A stretch of 63,813 bases of DNA, counting the filler, from Cercozoa sp. M6MM (lineage: Eukaryota > Protista > Endomyxa: Ascetosporea): the NCBI GenBank assembly GCA_040357565.1. It is 12 parts of 12 records of this genome, joined end to end, with 100 filler letters (N's around TTAATTAATTAA, not from the genome) between each part and the next. Parts side by side here need not be neighbours in the genome. Positions count along the whole stretch, not along the records: positions 38,836 to 47,002 come from JBDODJ010000562.1; positions 47,103 to 48,676 come from JBDODJ010001989.1; positions 48,777 to 54,446 come from JBDODJ010000867.1; 9 more parts are not named here. One strand, given 5' to 3'. Both the position numbers and the translations under genes were made by a program. The notes below the pieces were generated by a model that did no database searches, was not told the origin of the DNA, and was given only the letters and a program-made list of their open reading frames with translations. This document shows positions 39,776 through 53,018 of this stretch, one piece after another. Position 1 is the stretch's first letter. Each line of letters opens with the position of its first letter.

Positions 39776-40177
39776 TTAGTCGATCTTGAGCTTGGGTTTC
39801 TCGCCAGAGAAGGAGAGCTTCATGCGACCGAATGCCTGTGCACACGAAGCAGAGTCATTCTGGATGAACCAGACAGACAGACAGAGAAACGCACCAGAAC
39901 GGCCAAGAAAAGCGAACCGAAAATTGTCGCCAGAAGCATCGGTTCGCGAAGCATCTTTAACAAACACAAGCAGTTACACACACAGACACACACCCAGACA
40001 CACAGACACAGACACACACAAAGCAACTTCAATGCAGCAAGGATAATGGAGAAGGAGGGAAGAGGGAGCACACACACCTGCCACTGCGCGAACCGGTAGC
40101 GAATCTCGACGTCCGCGAGTTTCGCGTGTCGCGACACGACGTTGCTCTTGGTGAGCACCACCACCGGTCTGCATTGG

Positions 40178-40208
<31 letters not shown>

Positions 40209-40759
40209 GGTCAGGTATATGAGATAAGATATCAACGCTATAGATATCTACATACATCTATATATAATACACACACAATTTAAACGAAAGGTATAGATAT
40301 AAATCAACAAAGATGAAGGGAGATATGTTATTGTATAGATAAAGATATGGATATCAAAGCTACAAAGACACACGACATACGACACAGGTACACATACACA
40401 CAAGATATAAGGACAGCACCTGCCCTCGAGAAAGTCAAGGTAGCTGAACTTGCGCGTGAAGTCCGTGTGCACCGGATTCAGCGACTGCGGCGTCTGTTCA
40501 GATTGTCGAAGTTGCAGTTTCAACAGTCGTAAGCAAGACCAGGCACAGAAAGACCAGACGGAAAAAGACAAAAACAAAAAGTGCTACGTGCACGCGGACG
40601 TCGGTGGCACCCTCCGGCAGCACGACTCGCACCTGTCATGTACACATACACATACAATACAGTACAGTACTGTCCAGTACACACACAGCACACACACACC
40701 TCGGCAGCGTCGACGACGGCGTCGAAAGGAACGCCGAACTTTGCTCGGAAGACGTACTC

Positions 40760-40807
<48 letters not shown>

Positions 40808-43014
40808 ACACACACACACACAGTTTCGATTAGACTAGACGAGTCGGGAAGAGAATCTACATTGCTGTCGGTGTCAAAGGCGACGAACTGCTCGATCGGC
40901 GTGTCGTAGCCGTACTGCAGGTCGGCCTTCCAACCGCCAAACAGCGGGTACCTACCAAAATAAATTCTCTATATAATATCGATATATATATATATAAATA
41001 TAGATATATACATATAGATATGTGGGGCCTGTGGTACCGCAGGAAAATGTCGAATCGGCGTCCCTTGTCCTTCTTTCGCACGTCTGTTGTTTTCACTCAT
41101 TCAGCAAGGCCGAAAAACCCACCCACATACACAACAGACGTGTGTTGTGTACCAGAAGTAGGCTGCAGGTGCGAGGACGAGATGTTGCCAATGCGGTCCT
41201 ATTCTCACAGTAGCCTATCTCTGAAGACTAGGTCAGAGGGTAGAGGGTAGAGGGAGAGGGTAGAGGGTAGAGGTAGAGGGGTAGAGGGACAGATAAACTA
41301 CCCTGAGCCACACGTCATTGGCTAGCGTCGGCAGCTGCGTCGACAGCAGACGGAACTCGTTGCCTGACAAGAAAGGAGTTAAAGGGGGCAGGGGTAGGGT
41401 GTTAAGGCAGTGCACCCTCACGAAGTTCCTCCTTGGTGGCACGGTGCCGCATGATGGACTGCATCGAGTGCGCCTGGTGGCGCTGGTAGCCCTTGTCGAG
41501 CTTGGCGCCTTTGTTGCTCACATCGATCAGACTCGTGACGGCCACGTTGCCTGCGTCAGGGGATCAGGGTATATATAGGGTAGGGTAGGGTAGGGGTAGG
41601 GTAGGGTAGGGTAGGGGTAGGGTAGGGTAGGGGTAGGGTAGGGTAGGGTAGGGTCAAGACTACCCCAGTGAGAGACCTCGTATTCCACAACGGCACTGTC
41701 GAACGTGACGAAAGCTGCGTCGTGTTGTGCGTGCACATGCACGGGCTCACTTCTGAGTCGACCCTTGATCTACGGTAAGTACACAAACAACCTTGTCTCG
41801 CGTGCGACTCTCCCTGTCCCCTGACTCGGCCTACCTCACGCACAGTCCGACTGCGCTCCTTGGCAGACGCTTTGACTGCCTCCTACACACACTTAATGTA
41901 CACCCCCTAATGGCACTCTTAAATGTGAGCCCTTATGCGCACTCCCTTAAGGAAACACCCCCTTAACAAACGCACCAACAAGGCAGTGCGCGCGGCCGAA
42001 ACGTCGAAGCCGCCGACGTCGTCGAACGCGCCGTAGCGAATGCGCCGGTCGCTCACTTTCGTCTTGGACGCGATCTCCGTGTGACTCAGGATCTGCAAAG
42101 GCGCAAAGCGGAGCAAAGAGGTAAAGGGCAGCAAAGGTGGCAAGGGAGTAAAGGAGCAGGCAGGTAAAGGGAGGACGAAAGGTGAAGTAACACGAGAGCG
42201 TAATATATAATATGCCGGATGGGACAGCAATGAAAGGCGCAGGGTCAGAAAGCACCTTGTTCTTGGTGGCACGCAGCTTGATTTCGGTGCTCTGCGTGGC
42301 GACAGCGTAGGACGACAGAAACAACGCGTCGCCTTCAAACGCGACGTTCTGCCGCTCCGTCTGCGCGACGTGGAGCGGCTTGGGCTGCAGCACGTGCGTC
42401 GAGATTCGGTGCAGTTTGAGCGACGTGCTGCCGCCCTTTTCCACTGGCCTACCTCCCACAGAAAGGTCAGCACAAAAGGCTGGTCAAAAGCAAGGTCAGA
42501 AGTCAGGTGGTACGCGTGCAGGGCCGCACGATAGACACGCGGCAAAGCAGCGTACATTTCGACCACTTCGGCAGGTGCTTCGGCCGGCAATGCAGGAGGC
42601 TCCATTTCCTGCAGCACGAGCGACTTGCCGTTCTGCATCGATCAGCGCAGGTAGAACACTCCACCCCCCCCCCCCCATCAAAAAGGTACCTGCTTTAGCG
42701 ACTGGTACGACAAGTGCTCCACACGATTGGCAGGCAGTAGTAGTTCCACCTGCAATACATTGAAGAATTGGTGACACAGTAAACACAGGAATTTGCTTAC
42801 TTCTGACACGGCTTCCGAGTCGGCATGCAGGTGGAGTTGCACCTTCTCCACCTCGAAATCATTATGCTCGAGCTCGAGGGTGCGCTCCACTTTGCTCAGC
42901 GTCGCGGCATCGACTACGGCGGCCAGCAGCAGCTATTTTTCCGAGTTTCAGACATTATTTTTAGTGAGGACGGGAGAACTGCATTTCACTTACCGCCAAA
43001 CGTGCTACCAGCAT
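39776..43014 (-). CDS. OST1: Ribophorin I (oligosaccharyltransferase subunit 1)
   Basis: Signal peptide MLVARLA|LLLAAVVDA; VLQPKPLHVAQTERQNV; EVSHWG|NVAV; DRIGNISSSH; RPRYPLFGGWK; FSYLDFLEG|RPVVVLTKSNVV; C-terminal KLKID (KxKxx ER-retrieval motif). Confidence 0.92.
41577..41653. repeat. (GGGTA)n/(TAGGG)n tract inside a ribophorin I intron
   Basis: Direct reading. Confidence 0.9.
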
Positions 43015-43242
43015 CACCGATACAACTCAAACAATACTTTTACACGTTGGTCTTGCTGAATTGCCCAATCTGCAGCACATTGGATTAGTTAAAGGCGCAC
43101 TGCTTGTCGTTAAGGGTGCTACAAAATGGTACTGTTGCTGGATGATCGTGAAAAAAAGGAATAGGGCTACGCTGCTGAGCATAACACCTGTACAAGTACT
43201 GTACCAACTGCGACGTACTGTGCTACACCTGAGATTTACAGT

Positions 43243-44561
43243 TGTGTCTTGAGCCGAGCCAAGCAGACGCTTTCGAAGCACTATCGATACACGAAACATT
43301 GCCAACACTGCCAAGAAGTACTCCGTCCTGTGTTGAAACTTCTTGCAGGGACAACAGAAGAGAAGCAACGACCCCAAGAAGATGGCGGCGTTGTCTGAAG
43401 ATTTTGACCTCGTGCCAAACCGATCACAAGTTGGTAAATACTTGTGATAAGAAACTCATCCGTATTTTCCGAGTGAGCGCAGATCCGCGTGGATGTGATG
43501 AGATCCTGATCAGTGTACGAACAAGGTTTGGTCTGTCGGGCCAGAAGTGGACTATCGAGCTGTTCGACGGAACCGATGTGCGTGAGGATGAAACGATAGA
43601 CGAGCTGGCACCTCTGTGCACCACAACGAGTCGACACAAGATCTCGTATTGGGAGGCCAAGTTCGGTCCTTTCTTTGGCTGCACCTCGTACTTTAGCTTC
43701 ATTGCCTTTTTTCTCGGGTTGAGCCTCAAACAACTAATGGTTGCTGCAGCGGAAAGAGAGGCGGCTTGTTCCGTCGCATGATTGCCAATGAGCTCGATGT
43801 GTGTCACACGCTAGATACGCCTGTTCGCTGTGAGAGAGGTAGCTTATAGTTTGCAACTTGGTCTATGAACAGTCGAAGTTCACACTCTGCAGGCGAAGGA
43901 GAGCAGCAGATCAACTGGAAGGGCCAGGGTGCTCAGGCCGTTGCTTTCAGTGGTCCCAGCCCGAGTGACAGCTACGCCGAGGCCGAGGTTCAACTGCAGG
44001 GCGAAAGCAGCGAAGATGAGGGTGAAACTGGTCTCCAAGAAGGCGAAACTGATCCGCAGGAAGGCGAAACTTGTCCACAGGAAGTCGAAACTGAAGGTAC
44101 GGGCAGCGAGCCCTGCACGCGGCCCAACAACGTCGGCGATGCCGATGAGCACAAACAAGAGGAGTCCGTCGAAGCTCTGCCGCATTGGCCGAACCGTTTG
44201 AGACTCGGTGCCACCTTTGGTGGATGTCGTATTGCTTTCTCTCTCTCTCTCTCTCCTTCTATCGCTTGTTTTTCTATTTGTGTATTTGTGTGTGTTTGGC
44301 AGGGAAGACAAGCGTGCTTTCACCGGGCGAACATTCGCTGTCGACTCTCAATGCCAACGGCGATCTCGTCGAATTCGCCAGCACAAAGTATTCCGTCTCT
44401 CTTCAGTTGATTCACTCTGGCCACAACGCAAACCTGTAGATACACTGGCGGCATGTTCACCTTCATCCGCCACGAGACGGTTGTCATTGTGAGTTTTTGC
44501 TTTTCATTATACGTATATATGTATGTATATAAGTGTGTGTGTGTGTATGTGTGTGTGTGTA

Positions 44562-44611
<50 letters not shown>

Positions 44612-44621
44612 NNNNNNNNNN

Positions 44622-44670
<49 letters not shown>

Positions 44671-45022
44671 TATGTATCTTTATGCGTATTGACAGATGGA
44701 GACAGGAACGCAGGAGCGAAGACTTGCAACAGTCGTGCCTGCGTTTCTGGACAGGTGCCTTTTCTTCCTAATACACTGTGACTCCTACGCTTCATTTTCA
44801 TCTGGACCGAGCAGAACATCACGTTCGTCGTCCATCATGTTGCGACTGTGCTTCCACACCGCCGTATCGTTTACTCTCTGTCACACACAGCCAGAAGACA
44901 CTTCAGTTCTCTTTTTGCAGGTCGAAACCACTCACGATTTTGAAGCACGAGGCATCATGATCGCCTTTGCCGTGCAGGACGCCGTCAAGCGCATCAAGAT
45001 CGAACAGTCGCAGGACTCGTAG
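43243..45022 (+). CDS. Hypothetical multi-exon protein with acidic heptad repeats (GETxxQE) and a possible ubiquitin-fold N-terminal domain
   Basis: DEILISVRTRFGL...WTIELFDGTDVREDETIDEL; repeats GETGLQE GETDPQE GETCPQE; last exon ...RIKIEQSQDS-stop. Confidence 0.5.
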
Positions 45023-46936
45023 GCGAACCTGACATGACACGACTCCGAGCGGTCGGATATCGATCGTACAGTGCCATCGAGAGTCTCTCCCGTCCACGGA
45101 TTTGAGGAATTACTCCCGTCCACGCAGCAAATTGGTTTCTGTAGAACTCGACTAACTACTACACACAGCAATTGCAGTGAGTACGCTAATTTTTAGGCGA
45201 TGAATGGCAGCTTGGTGCCTCTCGTCATTCCTCGAGAACCGGTTTTGAGTAATTTACTCGAATTACTCTGCCCTTTTTGAGCACTAAACGCACTCTAACC
45301 TACCGAAATGGTGCCCACAGTTAATTACCCACAGGATGCACGCCTTGAAATTCTCTAAGCACTCGTGCACTTCGACAATGAAAAATTACTCGCTTGGTAT
45401 AAATTTTTGGGCTGGAGTAATGTCAGTAATGTGAGCAATGTGAGTAACTGGCTTGGATACTCCGCGATCCCGAGACTTTGGTTAACCAGAAAAAGATATT
45501 TGTATAGCTCGTTTAACTCAATGTGGGAATTCTCTCAAACTGAAAAAAACTACGTGCACACTACTGCACTTAGTAGGGTACCTGAAAAACTCTCTTTACT
45601 AGGATTTGGTTGTTTCGCTGGCAGCTGTTAAAAAAATAAAGATCTCGAACGTTGCAGCCTGCACTAACTTTTCATATCATACGAGTGTACAGTGCTGTGG
45701 TTTCATAGCAGTGTGTTCATGCGTGCTGCTGTTCCGTGAGCCAGTTTTCAAAAGCTGTTCGGCTGCACTGGGCCCTCAGTGCCAGGCGGTACTGGTAGGT
45801 ACGGAAGTGGCCGTTTGAAGAGTCGAAAGGGTTGCAGCGGGCACTTGGTGCGAATTTTTGTGCTGTATTTATTTCTTGTTTCTTGTTGTTTTTTGTCTTT
45901 TTGTTTCTGTGCATTATGTTGCTTTGTGTTTCTAGAAGCAGGCGTTTTAAAGAAGAAATGTATTGCAAGTATGGCATCCTACGGCCCACATCCTACGGCC
46001 CACGAGGTAGAGGTCTATAGACCTGGGGTAAAGTCTGCGTCCTCTGTCGGTGCGAGGTGATACCGAGGTGATACCTGTCGGAAAGAGGCCGTGTGCTGTC
46101 CTTACGCACAAGGTTTCTTTCATGCGTCGACGCAACCGGACACTGACGGATGGAGCGACTTCGCTGGGTATTCGTGTTGTTAAATCCCTTCTTTTTCTCC
46201 TGTCCTGCCTAACGATACTAAACAGCATTTGCGGTGACTCTGCGATGCTTTCGCAGCTGTCGGCGAAGTACCCCGACTACGCCGACGACAATTCGCTGGT
46301 GTGTTTCCTTTAAAAGAACCTCTTAATCTCCGTGATGTTTCTTCGTCAAGACAGGTGAACGACATCATGGAGCAACCGTCGGCTCTGATGCTGCGGGCGG
46401 CCAGCGGCCGCAACAAGAAGACCCACGGCTCCTGCGCCCGCCCGTATCGTGACCTACAGACGCCAGGTGTTTCGAAAAGCAAGTTGCAGCGCGCTCTCCC
46501 AGTGGTCTTCGGCGTCATTCTGTAGCTTTAATCACTTAATTGCCTTCGTATTCGTTTCCGACCTTTCTCATGCACAGTCGAGACGCAAGTCGCTTGTCGA
46601 CGCACTTACAAGGACTTCTTCTTGCTGCCGCCGTTACATTCGGCTCTCCGTCTCGTCAAGACAATGACATTAATTCTGTTTCGGGGGCTTTGGTATTTGA
46701 CGTCCCTATTCCGTGATGGTGCTGTCCTAGTGTTGCATATATTTTGTTCTTCAGCGTGCCTCGTACGACAAGTGGCTTGTCGTCCTGCAACCCGAACAGT
46801 TGGTTTCAGCCTGATCTCTCGCCTGGGGAATCGTCGTCTGTCGAAATGTGTCGTGTGCGTGACGTTGGCCATGCTTGGTATCGGGCCTGTTTGTCGTGTC
46901 ACAACGCAAGTTCTCTTCTGCCGGTCCAAAAGCCGA

Positions 46937-47002
46937 GTAACTCGAGTAATTTATTGGGTAACTCGAGTAATTTATCGGGTAACTCGAGTAATTTATCGGG
47001 TA
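46937..47002. repeat. 21-nt tandem repeat GTAACTCGAGTAATTTAT(T/C)GG x3+, running into the contig end
   Basis: Direct reading; a related palindromic motif GAGTAATT-TACTCG-AATTACTC lies at 45247-45268. Confidence 0.85.
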
Positions 47003-47102
47003 NNNNNNNNNNNNNNNNNNNNNNNNNNNNNNNNNNNNNNNNNNNNTTAATTAATTAANNNNNNNNNNNNNNNNNNNNNNNNNNNNNNNNNNNNNNNNNN
47101 NN

Positions 47103-48661
47103 TGCGGCTGCTGTTCAAGAGAGATAAAAGGAAATAGGGGGGGGGGGGGCCTAAAGCAAAACCACGACGATACCATGGCCACCGGCGGCGGCGAGGCCAC
47201 AAAGCGATCAATGAGATCACGCACGGCAATGTGCGACTTCTCCACCGCGATCTAGGGAGGATAAAAATGAGACAAGAGGAGGTAAAGAAAGCAGGTAAAG
47301 TACATCGCGAGGCGTCTGGCCGTTGTACGCTCTGTCGATCATCTCGGCAGCACCGTTGCTGTGGAATGATCCGTACAAGATCACTGATCGATCACTGATC
47401 GTTTGGAGGATGTACTTAAGCAAGAGCTCGACACAACGCACGCTGCCCTTGGCGGCGGCGGCGAACAGCGCCGACTTGCCGTTGTGCTGATCGCACGCAC
47501 AGGCGCCGTGCTGCAACAGCACCTGCACTACGTCGCCGGCACCCTTGCTGGCCGCGCCGTACAGTGCCTAGGGGGGGGGGGGGGGTGGGAAAAACCAAAT
47601 AGTCGAGGGAGGTAAAACTGTACAGTCTCGTGCGAACGGCCACGCAGGTGAACATCGGCACCCTCATTAAGTAGNNNNNNNNNNNNNNNNNNNNNNNNNN
47701 NNNNNNNNNNNNNNNNNNNNNNNNNNNNNNNNNNNNNNNNNNNNNNNNNNNNNNNNNNNNNNNNNNNNNNNNNNAAGAAGGGTAAGATAGGGTAAATAAA
47801 GGTACCACGTAACGACGTCGACGTGATTGCTGCACGCAGCCTTGTACAAGGGACCTACCAGAGAGGGTAATAAAATAGGGGGAGGGGTAAGAAGTACAAC
47901 ATACCACCAAACGGCACATCTGTTGCATTGATATTCGCTCCGTGTTGCACCTGGATGTGGATATGTCGCAGTTAAGGGGGGGGGGTAAAAGGGTGCATAC
48001 CAGCAACTTGGCACAATCCAACTGGTTGTTGTCACATGCCACCTAAGCCACAGGGGGGAGGTAAACAGCACGTACAGCGGGGGGGGGGGGGGGTAAATGG
48101 TAAGATGGGTAGGGGGGTAAACAGGGGGGTATACCGACAGCGGGTTGCCGAAGTCGTCGTTAAGGTTAACATTGGCGCCTTCGGCGATCAGGTAGCGCGC
48201 AACAGCCAGGTGACCGTAGCTACCAAAATGTACAAACGTACCCAAGTACTATACCCAAGTACTTGAGTACAAATGTACCGAACAGCGCCGTACAGACCAC
48301 GTCCGAACGACGACGGGGCGTTAATCTACATACAAATCATCCCTCTTCAATAAACCATACACCCCATAACTAGAAACCACACCCCCTTAACAACACCCCC
48401 CCCTTAATAAAAAAGGCTACATCGCAGGAGGGCTGCTGCACGAGGAACTCCACGACGCGCAGATGGCCCTCGGCCGCCGCTTTTCTGGGGGATTAAGGGA
48501 GCGGGTAAAAAGCAATTAAAGGGCATAAAGGGGAGTTAAAGGGGGTTAAGGAAGGTGGTTAAGGGGGCAGGGTTGAAGAGAGGAAGGTTACCCCAGCGCA
48601 CCGCCGAACGACGGGTTCAAATTGATGTTGGCGCCACGTTGCACCAGCATCTTGACCAGCT
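47103..48661 (-). CDS. Ankyrin-repeat protein (internal fragment)
   Basis: GHLAVARYLIAEGANVNLND, ACDNNQLDCAKLL, PLYKAACSNHVDVV, GKSALFAAAAKGSVRCVELLL. Confidence 0.88.
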
Positions 48662-48776
48662 ACCGGGGGGGGGGGGNNNNNNNNNNNNNNNNNNNNNNNN
48701 NNNNNNNNNNNNNNNNNNNNTTAATTAATTAANNNNNNNNNNNNNNNNNNNNNNNNNNNNNNNNNNNNNNNNNNNN

Positions 48777-49990
48777 AAAGACAGTACCCGACGTTCCTCG
48801 CGCAGTTGCTGTGCACGCGTGTTCGCCTGCGGTCTGTCCCTGTACACTCTTGCTTTAACCCCCTCTTTATCCCTCTGTTTACCCCCCTCTTTACCCCCCT
48901 GTTAACCCCCCTGTTAACCCCTCTGTTAACCCCCCTCTTCCCCTATTAACCCCCCTGTATACCCTCCTCTTTACCTCCTTTACCCCCTAGAAGAAGAGTA
49001 CCCTTGTGCACCCTGAGCACGCGAGTGTTCCTCCGTGTGTCGCTGTGCCACATCGGCCATGTCCTACCAGATCGAGGAAGGGGGGTAAAAGGGGAGGGTA
49101 AGGGGGTAAAGGGGGGACAAGTACCCTGCGGAACAGGTCGACGACCTGCACGCGCGCTTCGGCTTTGTCCAGAGGCATGGCGCCTCGCTTTCGCCTCTGT
49201 GCACGGTCCAGGTCCTTCAGTGCACTACGGACAGGTAAACAGGGGGTAAACAAGGGGGTAAACAGGGGGTAAACAGGAAGGTAAACAGGGGGTAAACAGG
49301 AAGGTAAACAGGGGGTAAACAGGGGGGTAAAGCCAGGCCTACATCGCTTCCAGTTCGGCCAGCAGTCGCTGCGCGCGCGTCAATTCGCGCGAGTTTTCGC
49401 CTCGCATTCGTACCTGTCTCGGGGGGGGGGGGTTAAATTNNNNNNNNNNNNNNNNNNNNNNNNNNNNNNNNNNNNNNNNNNNNNNNNNNNNNNNNNNNNN
49501 NNNNNNNNNNNNNNNNNNNNNNNNNNNNNNNNNNNNNNNGGGGGGGGGGGGTTAAATTAATGGGGTAAATGGGGGAAGGGGGGTTAAATTAATGGGGTAA
49601 ACGGGGGGGGGGGGGGTAAACAGGGGGGTAAAACTACAGTGCGCGCATCGCGACCGACGCGAGCGACGATTTTGTTGCGCTCGTCGACGCGCTCCTTCAG
49701 TGCGTCCAGACACTCCAGCAGATCGCGCTTGTTCTACACACGCAGCTTTAAACATCGACAGTTGCCTGTAAAGTACCCGTAGTGCCCCCTTAAGTTAAGC
49801 CCCCTTAAAATACCCGTTGGAACCGGTCGAGACCCTCGTCATTGGCTTGATTGGGCCCGCCTTCTTCCGTGTCGCCCAAACAGGCTGCAAAACCTCCTTT
49901 CAATCAACACACCGAATGCAGAACAGAGCAGGCACCTCGTTCGATCTGTCGCAGCTCGCGCACGTAGTTGCGCAGCTGCACGACGTCCAT
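48777..49990 (-). CDS. Hypothetical coiled-coil protein, 3'-truncated
   Basis: MDVVQLRNYVRELRQIE...; ALKDLDRAQRRKRGAMPLDKAEARVQVVDLFRR; repeat-filled GT-AG introns. Confidence 0.5.
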
Positions 49991-50201
49991 TTTTCTTTGT
50001 GATTGCTTTTTGGACTTTTGCCTTCACAACTACAAGCAGCACACACTAGTGCAGCAGTGTGACAGTACTAGATAACACTCGCTCCAGCGTGCCACACACG
50101 GAATGACGCTAGCACTGGGCGCTTGGTTAAGGGTGTGTATATAGTGGGTCAGCATTTGCCGCACAGATAGAGTGCACAGTTACTTTAACAGACTACCAGC
50201 C

Positions 50202-50842
50202 ATGCTTACAATCGAACAGTTTCTCCGATTTCTGCTGACTGGATTGTTGTGGGGTACACTTCCACAATCCGATCATGTTTGAGACCACGTGCGTTTTTCC
50301 CAGGCGCCACGAATCCGTTCATCAACTCGGCGAACGCAAAGAAGGACAAAAAAGAAGGAAAAAGCACGTCGAAGCAGAGGCAAAAAGATGCAGAAAACAG
50401 GAGCAAAATCGCGCAAATCGCCGCCGAGATTTTTGCCGTGTTTCGCAACTGGCGCGTGCGTTTTTCTTGCTTTCATTTTCTGCTTGTCATTGTTTTAAGG
50501 GTGCACGTGCGCAGTTCCTGCTTCCGTTCGGTCTGAACCAGCTCGGCTCGGTGCGTTTCTCTCGCGGACACAAGTTTAATCTGTGAACTTAAGGAAGCGT
50601 ACTTGACAGGTGTCGTACACGGCGTCGCTGCAGAGTGCGCCAGTGTCGCTGGCTTTGCCAGTTTGGTAGGTCTATAGACTAATGTTTTAGTGAAGTGCAG
50701 TGGTGTTGCTGTCTGTAGCAATGCGCTGGCCTTGCTGTTCACTGCGCTGGTGTCGAATCTGCTGGGAGAGAAACGCCTCACGGCCAGGGGATGGCTCGGC
50801 ATCGCTCTAATCGTCGCAGGCGTCGCTGTCTCCAGTTCCTAG
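50202..50842 (+). CDS. TMEM234: TMEM234-family (DMT superfamily) small membrane protein
   Basis: Spliced LLWG|ATNPFIN...FLLPFGLNQLGS|VSYTASLQSAPVSLALPVC|NALALLFTALVSNLLGEK..GIALIVAGV. Confidence 0.88.
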
Positions 50843-50991
50843 GGTTGTATTGTACTGCGAAGCTAGCATCTGCAGCACACACTGACGTCGCACTCAACAC
50901 TAACTCTCAGTACTCAACAGTATGTACTCAGCAAAATTAATACAACACAGTACTATTCCGTGAGTTTCCGTACAGTCTATACATAGCTCGG

Positions 50992-52110
50992 CTACTTGTC
51001 AGAAGGCGGAACTGTATCGGGATCAATCGGATCGATCTCATGCGACTGCTTGCCATGCAGCAAGTACTGCGCGTACAGTGTAGTGGAGAGTCAGACTGGA
51101 AGCACAGTCCAAGGCCTGCAAAATCCTAAAGTTCTACTGTACCAACGTGAGAGGAACGCCAATGCACACGGCGACTGGAAAAAAGGATGGCATAATACTC
51201 TACACAGTATCGTTACATGTAGCTAAGACCTCTGATGGTAATGAGCAAAAAGAAAAGGCACGGATGCACAAGAAACACAGAATGGCGAGCACCGTCGTAT
51301 TTTTGCGAATGTAGCCCCAGCAGCAGCTTCAAGTTTCATCAAATGCATCCCCCCTGTACACCAATGTTGTCCGAATATTAAAGTTCCCAGTACGTATCTC
51401 TGCCGCAGAAGGGTGGGTGCCCTCGAAAGCGTTCCCAGTCTTCTGCACAAATCAAAGAACCGCTTATGTCGATGATTGTACTGTACAAGCTGTACCGCAG
51501 TCGGCAGTTTGTCTGGGTGGCCTCCTCGAGCTCACCCGTCGAGTTCGAGTACCGCTGTCACCCGCAGGTTCATTGACACCAATACTACTAGTGGCATCTT
51601 GCAATTGCAATTGTGTTTCTGCTGCAGGTCGCCATTCAAACGGCTGGAAAGGGCTCAATGGAGGCACCTACAAAACGATTCAAAACTGAAATTAAAAAGC
51701 ATGTGGTTGAGCTGGACTGACTGACCAAGTTGACGTTGGGCGGCGGTGGGTGCGAGTGAAACACCTGCAGGTCGACGTCCTTGTCACTGCAGAACAAACC
51801 TTGACTTCCTGCATGGACCGGCACATCTAGCGTGGTCGCGAAACCGTCGTTATGATCAAAGGAGTATCCGTTTGGATCAACATTGCTTCGGTGCAGTTCG
51901 CGAAGATCGTGCATAGCGTCTTGTAGGTGCACTGCGCTTGGAGTCGCAGGCGGTGCTACTCATGTATATTTAACCAGTTCATAAACAAAAAACACACCTG
52001 GAAGAATTACACTGTACCGATAGAAACTTAATTTGTAAAAAAACGCAACTGATAGTGAAATATGACATCAACTACAGCATGAAGACCCGTGTGTGATGGA
52101 AACTGCATGT
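50992..52110 (-). CDS. Hypothetical multi-exon protein
   Basis: Coding-like exons (HLQDAMHDLRELHRSN; PLSPFQPFEWRP; HEIDPIDPDTVPPSDK-stop); structure not fully resolved. Confidence 0.4.
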
Positions 52111-52288
52111 GCCTGTGGCACTAATCAAGTCGCCAGGTCGCGCATCGGCAAAAGCGACGTGACTGGCTTCGGACTTGGCAACTTTTGGTGACACTCAGTT
52201 TTTAATTTGATCCGAGACCTGGGAACAAGGAGGCGTGTGCAGTGAGTGCAACAGCAGTGGAACAGTGGAGCTGCCGTAGTGTTGTTCC

Positions 52289-52977
52289 ATGTGGCCCGTG
52301 CTGCTGCTGGCGATCGCGTGGTCGGTGCGCGCACGCACCGATGTGTACACGCACAATGCGGCCCAGATCGTCATGCTCGAGTCGTCTTCGCTGGATTTTG
52401 GTACTTTTGTGTCTGCACTCTTCTTTCAAGTTTTGCTCACACATTGTAGAAGGAGGAGAAGCGAGTTGTGATCGTATATCTTTCGGGCTGAGTCAGACGC
52501 CGCCTTTGCAGCCTTCTCTCTTGGTATAGTAGCTTGAGTGGAGGAAACCAAAAGGTCATGTTGCGGGTAACAGGAGCAAACCAACAGTCCGAACAGAGTC
52601 GCCGACGGCAGCGACTTGACTTGCAACAAGCCAGACATTCTCCAATCGATCTCCGCGACAGCCGCTGGCAGAGTATGCGAATTTACCTTCAGTTTGTACA
52701 TTGTGAGTGCACATTGACCCAACTGTACCCGTTTTAAAGAAGCGACTGCGCGTACACACGGTTCTGGCCGACGCGCCGTTGCTGCAGGAGACACTCAAGT
52801 GGCAGCAGCACCTGTCTGACTCTTGTAAACTACTAAACACCGACTCACAACTGGAATTACTCATTTGTTGTACTGTCTGAAAACTAGAGCACGTGTGTTT
52901 GTTGTCTTAGATGGAGACTACTCGGCTGCCACGCGGCTGGTTTGCGCCGAACGCTCGTCGTCTGGGTATTAAAATTT

Positions 52978-53018
<41 letters not shown>

